DNA from: Utricularia gibba
Lineage: Eukaryota > Plantae > Magnoliophyta
Assembly (NCBI GenBank): GCA_002189035.1
Contig: NEEC01000017.1
Coordinates: 2,294,001-2,358,000 of the forward strand
Direction of reading: 5' to 3'
DNA: 64,000 nt
The position numbers were made by a program, and so were the translations under genes. Below are positions 23,559 through 36,766 of the stretch, in pieces. Numbering within the stretch: position 1 is the first letter of the stretch; each line of letters begins with the position of its first letter. The notes under the pieces were generated by a model. The model saw only the letters and a program-made list of their open reading frames with translations. It had not been told where the DNA came from and searched no databases.

Positions 23559-26500
23559 CTAGACCACTAATGGCTCCGGTGCAGGCTCTGGTGGAGCTCC
23601 GCTGCTCCCGTTGAGGACTATCACATTGCCCTCCGAGTCCACGTCCACGATCACAGAGTCCCCTTCCTTGATTTCACGTGAAAGCATCTTCTCCGCCATG
23701 CTGTCCTCCAGAAGTCTCATGATGGCCCTGCGCAGAGGCCTGGCGCCGTAGCTTGGGTTGTATCCCTCCTCCACCACCCGGTCCTTGAACCTCTCTGTCA
23801 CCTGGAGTTCAATGTCCTTCGCCTTCAACCGGTCGAACACCTCCTTGAGCATGATTTCAGATATCTCCTTCACTTCAAGCTTCGTCAGCTGCCGGAAGAC
23901 GATCATCTCATCCAGTCTGTTCAAGAACTCCGGCCGGAAGTACTGCTTCAGTTCCTCGGTCACCAAGCTCTTGATCCGGTTGTAGCTGCTGTCCTTCTCA
24001 TCGTAGTCCAGGTCGAACCCAATTCGTCTGCCTCCCTTCTCGATCACACTGCTTCCAACATTTGATGTCATGATGAGGAGGGTGTTCTTGAAATCCACGG
24101 TTCTACCTTTGCTGTCCGTGAGTCTCCCATCCTCCAGAATCTGGAGCATCATGTTGAAAACATCAGGGTGAGCCTTCTCGATTTCATCAAAGAGCACCAC
24201 CGTGTATGGGCGCCGACGAACAGCCTCCGTCAGCTGCCCACCTTCAGTGTACCCGACATAACCAGGCGGCGACCCAATTAGCTTCGACACGGTATGCCGC
24301 TCCATGAACTCGCTCATGTCAAGCCGGATCATGGCCTCTTCAGAGCCGAAGTAGTAAGCTGCAAGTGCCTTTGCAAGCTCAGATTTCCCAACACCAGTTG
24401 GACCAGAAAAGATGAAGCTTGCAATGGGGCGGTTAGGATTCTTGAGCCCCACACGAGCCCTGCGAATGGCGCGGCTGATTGCTTTGACAGCTTCATCTTG
24501 ACCAATGACCCGTCTGTGGAGGGTCTCTTCCATCTTGAGGAGGCGATCAGATTCATCAGTAGACACCTTCTCCACGGGGATTCCGGTCCAGGATGAGACA
24601 ATATGCTGAATATCGACTTCTGTGACAACAGGGCCTCCATCACTTGCCTCATTTTCTGCCTTGGTCATCTCCTTGTTTTTGTCTACAAGAGCAGATATTT
24701 GGGCTTTCAGATCCATTTCTCGGTCTCGCAGTTCCCCAGCCTATGGAATCCAAAGAGTCGTTTAATATACATATATTTCAACCTCCAAGCAGCCTAAAAA
24801 ATGCACAAATTGATCCCAGGCTCATGGCAACAACATGCTTGTGTGCAACAAGGACACTAATCTAATCACCTTCTCGAAGTCCTGACTACGGACAGCATCA
24901 TTTTTCTCTTTTGTGATCTGTCTAAGCTCCTTCTCCAGCTCTCTTGCTTCTTCAGGGAGCTGCCAGGGGAAAACTTTTACTGTAAACACCGCAGCAAAGA
25001 TAAAATTAGGCGTCTGGGGATGAAAGCAAGTACCTGTGCATGACGTAGTCGAACTCGGGAGCCAGCTTCATCAACCAAGTCAATTGCTTTATCAGGCAAA
25101 AAGCGGTCACTGAAACACAACAAATGACAATGTTTTTAGCTGGAAAAAACACCATAGAATGGAAATTGAAAAATGCTATGACAGCAGAAATGTTAGAAAA
25201 CCAAAATTTCAAGAGAGTCTTCTGTCACCTGATATACTGGTAAGATAATTGAGCTGCAGCTACTAATGCTTCATCTGTGTATCGTAGCTTGTGATGTATT
25301 TCGTAACGCTCTCTAAGTCCCTTTAGAATCTGAATGGTCTCATCAACTGTGGGCTCAGGAACCCTTACAGGCTGGAACCTTCTTTCCAATGCCGGATCCT
25401 TCTCAATATGTTTCCGGTACTCATCTAGAGTTGTTGCCCCAATACACTGCAAATATAAGAAAAATAATGAACACGAGAATGGCAAACAGATCATGGAAAA
25501 TAGTAACTGCCTATCAAATGGTACCTGTAGTTCTCCCCTAGCTAAAGCAGGCTTCAATATGTTTGCAGCATCAATGGCTCCTTCAGCAGCTCCTGCGCCA
25601 ATCAGAGTGTGGACCTCATCAATGAAGAGTATAATTTCATCACTCTGCTTGATTTCCTCCATCAGCTTCTTCAATCTTTCTTCAAATTCACCACGATACT
25701 TTGTCCCAGCAACAAGAAGGCCCATATCAAGTGTTATAACCTTACACATTCAATAAAGACAGTTTCAGGTTAAATGAGGGAAACAGCCATCAGTTGATTG
25801 GAAAAATAGATCTGAAGTTTCAGTATCTCCACCAAAACGCTAAAAGCCATACCTTTTTACCCTCAATGGTTTCAGGAACATCTCCATTTGCAATTCTTTG
25901 AGCAAGCCCCTCTGCAATGGCGGTTTTCCCAACGCCAGGCTCTCCAATGAGGCAAGGGTTGTTTTTAGTACGCCTTCCCAAAATTTGAGTCACACGTTCG
26001 ATTTGTTCTTGCCTTCCAACAACCGGGTCCAGTTTTCCCTGAACAAAGAGAAGATCTCAGTTTTCAAATATCAGTTTCATAGCTTTGAAAAGGGGCTATA
26101 AATTAACAATTACCTCTTCTGCTAGCTTCGTCAAATTGGTACCATACTCTTCAAGCGTAGGCATCTTGTTGCCTGAGGTTCCCCCTCCAACACCAGCACC
26201 AACAGCCTCAGCACTTTCACCCACCATTCTTATAACCTGAATGCCGCAATACTTGTTTAAAATTTGTTCAAGTAGTAAAATCACTGTCCAATGTTAAAAA
26301 GACAGAAGAATGCCTGATTGCGAATGTTGCTAGGATCCGCTCCTAAATTTTCAAGAACACGAGCTGCCACACCTTCACCCTCACGCAGCAATCCCAGCAG
26401 CAAGTGCTCAGATCCAATGTAATTGTGACCTATGGAAATTCAGAATATTAAATCATCCAAATGAAGGAAGCTAAAAACTTTTGTGTGCATCTGCCATTCA

Positions 26501-27231
26501 GGAAGACGAAGAGCATGGACAAACAACTTGGAAACAGAACATGTGCACACGCAGCTGAATCTCCAATGAGGAACACAACCCAATATCAACTCTGATGCTT
26601 GATCATTCGAAACAAGAACCTAATCATATCAAACAGAAAAAAAAAACGAAAAAAGGCAGAAATCATTACCAAGTTGACGGGCTTCTTCAAGTGAGAGTTC
26701 CAAAACACGCTTAGCACGAGGAGTAAATGGTATCTCGACAGCAACAAATCCACTACCCCGTCCTATTATCTTCTCAACCTCAACTCGAGCATCTTTAAGA
26801 TTGATTCCCATTGACTTGAGAACCTTAGCTGCAATCCCAGTTCCTTCTCCAATGAGTCCTAGCAAAATCTGTTCAGTTCCAACAAAATTGTGGCCAAGTC
26901 GCCTTGCCTCCTCTTGTGCAAGCATGATGACCTTAATTGCTTTCTCTGTGAAGCGCTCAAACATCGCACGTGGTGCTATTCTTGTTTTCCTTCCACGCTT
27001 GATGGAGGTGACTGCTGCTACCTTTGACTGCAATGTCTGACCACTTTTATGCACAAGCATGTCCAAGGCATTAACTCCACGCAATCCAGAGAAACTCCAT
27101 GTTCTTGAAGCAGCTGATCTTGAACGCAAAAGTGCTGTAGCAGCCTTTTTGGTCTTGCTAGACGCCTCAAACTGCCCATTGTAGCCAAGAGTAGAAGGCA
27201 AATTTGTTGATTGAAACACTGTGTAGGACAT
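23559..27231 (-). CDS. CLPC1: Chloroplast Clp protease ATP-binding chaperone ClpC (Hsp93)
   Basis: Transit peptide, then [33 protein letters not shown], Walker A GEPGVGKT and GPTGVGKS, and [11 protein letters not shown]. Multi-exon, with 5' UTR intron(s) reaching ~28000. Confidence 0.97.
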
Positions 27232-28623
27232 ATCTTAAGAATCTGCCAAACAAATTTAACAATCAGAATACAAGAAAAAAAACATAAAGAGCTAACTAAA
27301 ATGAAAAAAAAAAACCAAAAATGAAGTTTAAGTCTGAAAACTCGATTCTTGGCATGCCAAATGTGAACTGCCTTTCAGCATATCCAGGGTTCGGGATATT
27401 CTTAAACCCTTAACATTAGATCCATCAATGATAATTCACTACAACTACTAAGTGTACTTTAAAAAAACATTGAAAAGTCGGCAGCTTTAAGCATGTATAT
27501 ACTAGAAAAGACGAACCCTATCGACCCTATATGCCAACATGTAAAAACCAAACCAATATAAAGAAAGCGGCAATGGTTTTTGCTAATCGGCCGAACAGAG
27601 GAACCCTCTAAAAAATGAATCAGATCCGTGACCCATACAAACACGGAATTCCTCGTGAAGCTCCAGCAATTTTCTCACCAAAGAATCCAAAACGCAAACA
27701 CACCAAAGGCGAAAACTTTTTTCCGATTTTCCTCAGGATTAACAAGCTAAAGCAACGAAAATCTCGCGTCAAACAAAACCGGGTAAAAAAACGAAAACCC
27801 AGATAGAAACCAGGTCACAGAAAGCAATTGCAATAGCTTTTTTTGGGAAAACAAAAAGAAATCTCTTGATGCAATCTTTATAGAGACCTCAGGATGCTCG
27901 ATCGAATTGGACGAGCAGAAGAATTGGAGATAGAATCCGCGAATGGGGAGGTCGGAACAGAATTGTGGACGGATGTTTCTTCTAATCTTACCTTCCCCTA
28001 CGCCACAGTGCACCGCCAAAGACAGCCACAAGATATCTCTGGCCTACAAACTTATCAGCCAGACATTTACAATTTCTTTTAGTCTTTGGAGGTAAATAAA
28101 AGTCTAAATACACAAAAAAGATTTCTTTTTATATACTTGATGATATTTTTCACAAAACACAAAACACAATTAATACGTGTTTGATAGAATAGTTTAATTA
28201 ATAATATATTTAAATAAACACCTATCATATGATTAAAATTAATATTATATTTGATATATATTTTTAAAATTAAATTCTATTCAATTCAAATTTATGATTA
28301 AATTAAAAAATGTTTCAATTTATTAAATAATAATTTTAAAATATAATTAAATTGAATTAGTATATTAATAATGAATATAATATTAAATAATATTTTAAGT
28401 GTTATTTTTCTCTGTCGTTAGATTTGGGCCATGATATGTCTTATCTGGGCCGATGTTGGAGCCCGATGGCCGAACTGGACGCGTCCCCGTGTCTGTTGAA
28501 CTTGAAAGTAGTGAAGACGAGGGAAAAAGGAGGAGCGAAATAGATCTTTAGCGATTCGAGTTGCTCTCTGCCTCGTTATTTGCTGGGTTTCGGGTTCTCA
28601 AATCGTTCGAGCATTTTGGAGGC

Positions 28624-31600
28624 ATGGGGGTGGTGGACCAGGAGGAAATTGAGAAGGTGGTGCTTCAGTATTTAGAGAAGAGGGGTTTCAAGCAGGCGGG
28701 CCTTGCTTTCCAGAAGGAAGTGCAGCAGAGCGGCAAAGGCGGCAATTCTTCTTCTACTGGCAAATTTGATGCGGATATTGCTAAGAAGATTCTCGCCTTC
28801 TCTGAGTATGGACGAAATTTCCCATCCGTTTGCATTATTTTTGTTGTGAGGAGTTTTAGTAACGTGATTGTCTCGTATGTGGTGTTTTTTTGGTGAGCTT
28901 TTTGACATTGATTTCCCGTTTAAGTCCGTAGAATTCTGTTATTCCCGTGAGATGCTGGCCAGAGCCTTCTTTCTGGTTGTGATCTTGCTTTAAAAAAAAA
29001 TCAAGTCGTAAGTTTTGAAATGTAAATGGAGTAAACTTACTGGAAATATTTCATCTTTTTGTTGTTTTGACGTTCTTTTATTTGGTGACCTATTACCTAC
29101 AAAGGTTGGGACTGTGTTTTTTTATGCTATTTAGTTTGTGTTCTTCAGAGTGGATGCTCCGGTAGAGTATCAGTTTGGGTATAGCAAACTTCGGTCATGG
29201 GCTTACAGTTCATTGGATCAGTATCAGGTCGGTCACATTTCTTGTTGCTTTCTTAGACTGATTGCATCAGCTCAATGCCATTCTATGATGGTGCCAGCTA
29301 ACAGAAGAATTATGAACGTCATATTACACTTTGGAGCTAGATGTAACTTCTCGTATTTTCAAACTAAGATATTAATAAAATTTCCATTTTGATAAAATTT
29401 CCATTTTCATGTTATGGATACATTCTCTCTGTATGTTGTTGGAGGATACCAAGTGAAAGTAGTGAGAATACCAGTAATGAAAACCTGCCTCCTTTCAAGG
29501 ATATCATATATTTTATATGCTCCATTGGTTAACTTGCATGAATCCTTTAAAAGATTAAGGGTATCCATATGGAACGACTTGACTTATTTATTCGGATCTT
29601 TTGTGCTATGCAGCATGAGTTGGTTCGTGTTTTATACCCAGTTTTTATCCATGCCTTTATGGATCTCGTTGCCAAGGGTCATGTTCAAGAAGGTAAGTTC
29701 AGTTGTGTTTTGATCATTTTCTCAATCTTTCAGCAAAATTTCTTGAAATGATTTCCTTTTCCAGCTCGAACATTTTTTAACAGTTTCCGTGGAGACCATG
29801 AAATTGCGCATTCTCGTGACCTCCAAAGGCTAGAAGGTGTTCTTTCTCCTTCACATCTGGAGGTGTTTCACTTACCTGAAACTTGTGGAATTTTAAATTT
29901 TGGCTTTTCTTATAAATCATTTTCATGTAGATTAACTTTTTCAAGTGAATTTTTTTTCGTGTAAACAAATACATATTTTTTTCAACTGCAGGAAATGGAA
30001 TTTGCACATTCATTAAGGCAAAGCAAAGTTAGCATTAAGATATGCAAAGTAATCTCAACACTTCTCTCGCCCTCATTTATGCTTAACCTTTTTATTGCCA
30101 GTTCTTTACTCTTTTCGTCTATGTTCATAACCTGGATTCCTAGTTTTCAATTAATGACAATGGCAATCTGGTTTCATGGGTTTGTTATGTGAATGCTTTT
30201 TTCTTACTTTTAGAAGTATCAAGATAAGTAGGCTGCACGTAATTTTGATGTTATGAGAGTATGCTACATCAGTAAGTGATATGCGCAGTAATAGCCATAT
30301 AAAAAGGATTTTAAGTGTAAAATGATGAATAGAAATTTATTTATTTTATCAAATTGTATTGGAGTCTGCTTCGTACGTTCTAGCACATGTGGCTTCAGCA
30401 TTTGAAACTGTAAGTGTTGATGTCATGAGAAAATTTCAGCTTTAAGCAAGAAAATAACTATTATGCAAGCATTGTTATCGATGTGATTAAACCTGTAATG
30501 GGTTTTCATAATGTGCTCGATGTGATTAACATTTTTATATTCTAAATTCAGTATTCGTATGACCTGCTTCTACAATATCTGCACAAGTCCCAATTGCTCG
30601 TTATGCTTGGCATCATCAATGAGCATATCAACTTTCAAGGTACAGTTGCTGGGTAATGTTTGTTGTCGAAGATTGCAACTCTGTTATTGTTTTCCCCTTT
30701 TCATCTTACAGTTTCACCTGGACAACCAATCTCAATTGCTGATGATGCTGATTGTGTTACACTCTTTGGAAGTGATCATGATGCTGCGAATTTGATTAAT
30801 CAAAAAGAAATCCACTGGGGTGTAAGCCTGCGTCAATCCTGCATCCATATCTTCATTGGTTTATGGTTTTGTTTTAGTAATGCAACCTTGTTGAAAAATT
30901 ATTATTGAATATGATCTGTGATCATTCTAGTATGGATAAGCGATTCCATTTTCCATGTGTTTTCCAAGGAACATTTATTTACAGCATTAGTTGAACTATT
31001 GCTTGAAAAAAGCTTCTCGTTGAGTGAGCCCATGAATTTCATTTTTACAGCTACTTGAGGATTCCCTGGAGGATAAGTTGGAGAAGACTGGGGCTTTGCA
31101 TGGAGAGTCAGAAAAGGCTGGCATAGAAGCAAAGGATTCTGAAGTGGAAGAAAACAAGGTTTCCTTCAATTTGAGAAATTTGTAGTTCTCACCAATTACC
31201 TGTTGTGGATGGTTTTTTATCCATGAATATGCATCATTTTCCCAGAAAAGATCAGCTGATGGAAAACAAGGCACTACAAATAAGAAGACAAAAAAGGACA
31301 AGGCAGTCAATGCTGCAGCAAAAGCCTCTCGTCCAGAGAATGTCTCAGCCTCTGTTTCGACACGCGTTAAACCAGAACTTGCTTTGCCATCTATGTATGT
31401 TCTTGAAATCTACATGGTTTTCTGATTTATATACGCCCTAGAAATTCATTACTACAAAAGTAGTTAATTTATTGTTTCATGGCTTTTATTTAGTCCATTA
31501 GAGGTGGAACATTCCATTCTTGAAGATTTGAGAAACCGGGTGCAGTTGAGCAATCTAGCTTTGCCGTCAATCAGCTTCTATACTTTTATCAACACACACA

Positions 31601-33515
31601 ACAGGTGTGTTCTCGAGGGCATTGTGACTAAATAGGCCTATAAGTGTGGGCGCATTTTTCTCAGTCTTTTCATCATATTGTAGCCTGAGCTGTGCTTCAA
31701 TATCTCATGATGGGTCCATGGTGGCTGGTGGATTTTCTGACTCGTCGCTGAAGGTTTTAGTTTTATAAACTGTTTTAACCAGCTGTCTCGTTTATTGATA
31801 ATGCTGACAAAAAAAATCTTATTGCCAGGTTTGGGACATGGGAAAACTTGGTCAACAAAATGGAGGTGCTAGTTTGACTTCATCTTTCTTCTCATTTGAT
31901 ATGCATGCAACGTGATTGAAGTTTTTATTATCCTATAAATACAAAGTGAAATGTGTTTAGCCTTAAACACAATGTAGTTGTTTACCTGGTTTTGGTAATC
32001 ATATGGAATTATTGTTAAGATTCATTCTATTTTCCTTTTGTGAATGTGCAAGTGTGCTATCCATGATCGAATAAAGTGTCCTAAATCTCTCCTGAGTATA
32101 GCTGGTCTTTGCCTCTGCTATTAGCCTTGTGTTATACCTTCCCCTGAGTTTATCACTCATTCATGTTTACTACAAAATATCAGCAACTCTGCTCGCTGAC
32201 AATGAATCAGCTCCCACTGAACACTTTCCTGGCTCCAATTCTGAGGGAAGACCTTTCACATTGTTCCGGGGTCATTCTGGACTTGTGCACTCTGCCACAT
32301 TTAGTCCATATGATGATTTTCTCTTGTCTGCGTCTTCAGACTCCACAAGTGAGTGAATTACTGCGGTGACATTTTTGCATATTTTACTTGTTGGATGATT
32401 CATTGTGATCTGTAATCACAGTTCGGTTATGGAACACCAAGTTAAATGCAAACCTTGTATGCTACAAGGGACACAATTACCCTGTGTGGGATGTTCAGGT
32501 CTGTGTCTTTTAGATCATTTCATTTTGGCCTCGATGGTATCTAAGGTTCGCATTTGACATCTTCATAGCCTTCATGCAGTTTAGTCCTGTAGGACACTAT
32601 TTTGCAAGTGCTTCCCATGACCGCACAGCAAGGGTCTGGTCAATGGACAGGATACAGCCTTTAAGAATTATGGCCGGCCATTTGTCTGATGTAGATGTAA
32701 GTCCCTTTATATCAGTCTCTGCATGTTGTCGTCTCACTATTTTGTGGTGTGTATCAGTATCAGGAATTCTCTACCTATTTTGTAGTGTGTACAATGGCAT
32801 GCCAATTGCAACTACATTGCCACCGGGTCTAGTGACAAAACTGTGCGCCTGTGGGATGTTCAAACCGGAGAGTGCGTTAGAATTTTTGTCGGCCACAGAA
32901 GCATGATTCTGTGCTTGGCGATGTCGCCGGACGGCCGCTACATGGCATCCGGAGATGAGGATGGCAGAATAATGATGTGGGATCTCGCAACAGGCCGCTG
33001 CATTGCCCCTCTAGTTGGCCACAACTCTTGTGTATGGTCACTTGCTTACAGGTACAAAGATTCCCATCCTCAAACCTCCTACCCCTTTCGCAGAATGACG
33101 GGTTTCAGCTGACTCTCTTCATCATCTCAGCTGTGAAGGCTCCCTTCTCGCGTCCGGTTCAGCAGACTGCACAGTGAAGATATGGGATGTCGCCACAAGC
33201 TCAAAGATCCCAAAATCAGATGAAAAGTAAGGACACAGTGTTCGCCAAATCCACTCCACTCATCATCATTCTCATCTCTCTGCTTTTTTGAACCTGCAGA
33301 AGCGGAAGCACCACCCGCCTCCGTTCGTTGAAGACGTTGCCCACGAAATCAACTCCGGTTTACGCTCTCCAGGTACGCAACGCATCCGCCATCGAAGAAG
33401 TTGTTTTCTGCATCACACTCGCCGTGTTGTTCCTCAAGTCTTGTTGGTGATTTGGTGACAGTTCTCCAGGAGGAACCTTCTGTTCGCTGCAGGGGCGCTC
33501 TCCAGGCAACCTTGA
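28624..33515 (+). CDS. TAF5: TFIID subunit 5 (TAF5), LisH + NTD2 + WD40
   Basis: First ten exons checked in frame (VLQYLEKRGF; YSKLRSWAYSSLDQY; HELVRVLYPVFIHAFMDLV; HINFQVSPGQP). WD repeats (HSGLVHSATFSP, FASASHDRTARVWSMD) and C-terminus TKSTPVYALQ|FSRRNLLFAAGAL. Confidence 0.95.
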
Positions 33516-34661
33516 AGAGGGAGGGGAGCACACAATTATCTTCAGCTTTGTCAGCATGGTTGGGATGTGGGGCCCATGCAGTAGTCAAAATATTTTTATC
33601 AAACTATATTTTAATTTATCGGATATTAATTTAATTATCTTTTAAATTAGTTGGGTTCACAATTGACATATGTGGGCCCATGATTCACTAATTGGGCTGA
33701 TTATATCGGTTAGTTCCGCTGTCTCTTTTTTTGTGTAGTTCAAATTATATTATAAATTTTTAAAAATTGGATTGACTTCAGGGGATTTAGGGTATATTGT
33801 AATAATGCCCCACGTGGGGAAACTGCACAACGTAGACTTGGGTTGGCGTACCCGGTAACTTGAGTGTTGGGGAAACGCGCCGTTCTTGAGTTGAATGCTC
33901 CTGCTAATGCTTTCCCTTTCGTCGGAAGGCTGAAGCTCGACTCCTCCAGTTTCCTCCGGTGGAGGTGCGTGTTAATCCGTCCGTCGCCTGATTTCTTTTT
34001 TTTTTTCTCGATCACTTACGCGCGTTTCTTTCTGTTTGCTGTAATGTTAGCGTGTTAGCTTAAAGATGGTTTTGATTTGTCGAGCATGATCTGGGGAGTG
34101 GGTTTATGGGGATGCTTAAGCACCAATTTCTCTTGGTTCTTGGGCGTATGGTTATCGGATTTTCTTCCTCTTTAGATGTGTCAGAGGGTTTGTAGTAAGT
34201 AACGCCGTGTATGGTCAGGTGTTAAACCAAATGCTACACAGATATAAATGAATACATCCGTTTAAGAACGATTCTGCAGTTACGCACTGGTGGAAGAAAT
34301 GATTTTTTTTCCGTTTTCTTGCCTGAAAATCCCCTGTTAGTGGTTGATGATGCTGTTGTGGATCTGCGTATGCGTTATTTAAATCTGAAGAATCTGCCAA
34401 ATGCCTTATTGGGGCATTTTCCTTGGCTAGTTCTTTGAAGATGCTGTTTCATCTGGGAAAGATAAAGTCACTTTTAAGCTTCTGAATGAGATGCTGTTCC
34501 TACTTGTGTTAACCATGTACTTGTATCTCCCTGAAGTTGAAACTTATTCCTGTTATGGCTTTGTGGTATAGCGCGACATACGCACCTCGACAGAGGTCTG
34601 AGCCACAGCAGACAACATTTACATCGGTGTCATCCAAGAAACTATCAGAAAACCGGAAAAA

Positions 34662-34862
34662 ATGGGAGACTTGTCCACACTGATTAGGAGACATTATTTT
34701 CTGCTAACAGCACTTGTTCTCCTGACCTTTCTATGCTCCATTTATCTGTATTTTGCTGTGACTTTCGGGCATGGGAATGTGTGTTCAGGATTGGAAGGAA
34801 CTAAGAAGACCATTTGCAGATTGCAGATGGCAAAAGAAACCATAGCAAAGGGAGGACTTTGA
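34662..34862 (+). CDS. Small single-pass membrane protein, 66 aa
   Basis: ATG ORF with a hydrophobic helix (FLLTALVLLTFLCSIYLYFAVTFG) and CSGLEGTKKTICRL, resembling a recalled conserved plant microprotein. Long intron-containing leader from ~33850. Confidence 0.7.
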   Translation: MGDLSTLIRRHYFLLTALVLLTFLCSIYLYFAVTFGHGNVCSGLEGTKKTICRLQMAKETIAKGGL

Positions 34863-35113
34863 GCCTTTTAGTACAGTGTTTTGTTTTGGTACTTGAGTTA
34901 TTGTGATGTTGTGGTATTAGAGAAAAGGAAACCAACTGCTTGAGAAACTGTACAACCTTAATCTGCTGATTCTATATTGGGGCCTCAGAAAAGCAGGGAG
35001 GACATGTATTGTCCATTTCAAACTCTTGTCATAAAACCAAGAGGATAATCAGATACGGCTACTAATACATGGGCAACTTTTCATGATCTTGCCTTTTACC
35101 CCCTGAGTCCCTC

Positions 35114-36560
35114 TTATACAATCTTGAGCTCTTTGAGCCACGCCGTGTGTAAGGGACAAGGGTCTTGTTTACCCTCAGCAATGGCCTTCTCAGAAAGCGA
35201 ATAGAACCATCCGTTTCTCCACTTGAACTGCACAAGTCGACCCAGATGACGAATACTCTCAGAACCGTTGTGTCTGTTACAAGAATGTTTTGAATCGAAG
35301 TACATGAGCTTTTGAAATCTTTTTTACCTCCTTGACTGCTGTAGGAAAATGGGAAACCGCACGGGAGTAAGCACATAGTCTCTCCTCTATTCCTTCTTCA
35401 AAGACTACGCCTTTCTCTGCAGCTGCAGCTCCTGTCAGTTCCGCTATAAGGGCAGATACCTGACAGTATCAAGAGGAATCATGGTTTCGTGAAGGAGCGC
35501 AAAAATCCCACCATGAATATGTAGTTCACCCAATCCAAGAAAACAATGCTTGTTCAAGCCATGAGTGTACAATGAAATTAGATAAAAATGCATCTGAAAG
35601 TAGAGAGACATGTTGCGACTTTGATTTACCTCAGGGCGATATTCTCTCTCAACAACACCTACAGTCGCTCCAGGATGGCGTGCTCCAACAAGCATGAAGG
35701 CGCATATCCATATGAGCTTCTCGAGCATTTGCTTCTGAAACGGTTCTTTTTCTAGTACCTGTCGAACATATGCTTCCCAGCTAAGAGACCATGAAGAAAT
35801 CTGACTCAAAAGCACTCTCTGGTTCCTAATTTGTGGCCCATATAACACATGATATATATCCATGCGCTTCTTAAGCAAAAGAGCATTGATCATGCAAAGC
35901 AAATCACTTTTTTTCTTAATTCACAAGAACGTGATTTGATTCAAGACACCCCATTTTATTACCTTGCAAGAGAGGCCTCCAGAGTGCAGTCGTGCAGCAA
36001 CTGACGAAGCCCACTTACCATAAGCCGCCGTTAGCCCCTCGGGATTAGCGTCAGTGATTCCATCAATTGGCGGCTCTCCGAGTTTCGACACAGCGAAATA
36101 CGCCAAAACCTGGCCGGCATCACCAATACCTCTACTCTCAAACCAGGGATCCATCATTCCGTTCTGGAAAAACACCAAATCTGCTCTATAATCAACAAAA
36201 TAACCCTCATACCTCGATGTTCTTACAAATTGTGAACCGTAATCATAAAAAATCAATCATACCGCTCCAGCGCGATTTGGGCGTTGAATCAAGAACAGCA
36301 TCTAGATCATCATTTCTCGTACAAACCAAAATGGGCCCAGAAACATCCGGCGGCACCGACTCCCCTCTTTTCACCAAGAAATCACCGCCAGCGCCCATGT
36401 CTAGAAGTGCTCTCCCCACCCGTCCGCCGCCGATAATAACAGCGGGCTCCACCTTCTCTACGATTGTCGCCATGGAAGCTCTGGGCTTGAAGCCGAAGCT
36501 GGTTCTCGAAGTGCGCTGTGCGAAGAGAAAAGAATTAGAGAGCGCAACAGCAGATGCCAT
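35114..36560 (-). CDS. Uncharacterised plastid protein with Rossmann-like fold (At1g16080-like)
   Basis: Five exons: transit peptide, AVIIGGGRVGRAL, ILVCTRNDDL, DLVFFQNGM, QMLEKLIWICAFMLVGARH, EFKWRNGWFYSLS...CPLHTAWLKELKIV*. Confidence 0.85.
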
Positions 36561-36766
36561 GGGTGATGATTTCCGGAGATCCGGCTGGCGCCATGTGGTT
36601 CAATTCCTGAAGATGTGCGGTGACTTCCCGCCCACTCGTTCATTAGCAAACCCTATCCGGTTTATATAAATATTTATACATTGGGTACAAAACTATTTTT
36701 TATTCATATTGTACACCCCCGCCGTCGTTGGCTTTTCCGGTCAGTCTGCAGCTCTGGAATACAGGA

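Noticed and set aside
27378-27401. Two P1BS-like sites (GCATATCC, GGATATTC) in the ClpC 5' UTR intron
   Set aside because: The degenerate motif is expected many times in 64 kb by chance, and there is no functional link as there is for the phosphatase.
28090-28410. Very AT-rich tracts (also 12510-12600, 19540-19990, 50130-50360)
   Set aside because: They are ordinary low-complexity plant intergenic DNA; I saw no terminal repeats or periodicity.
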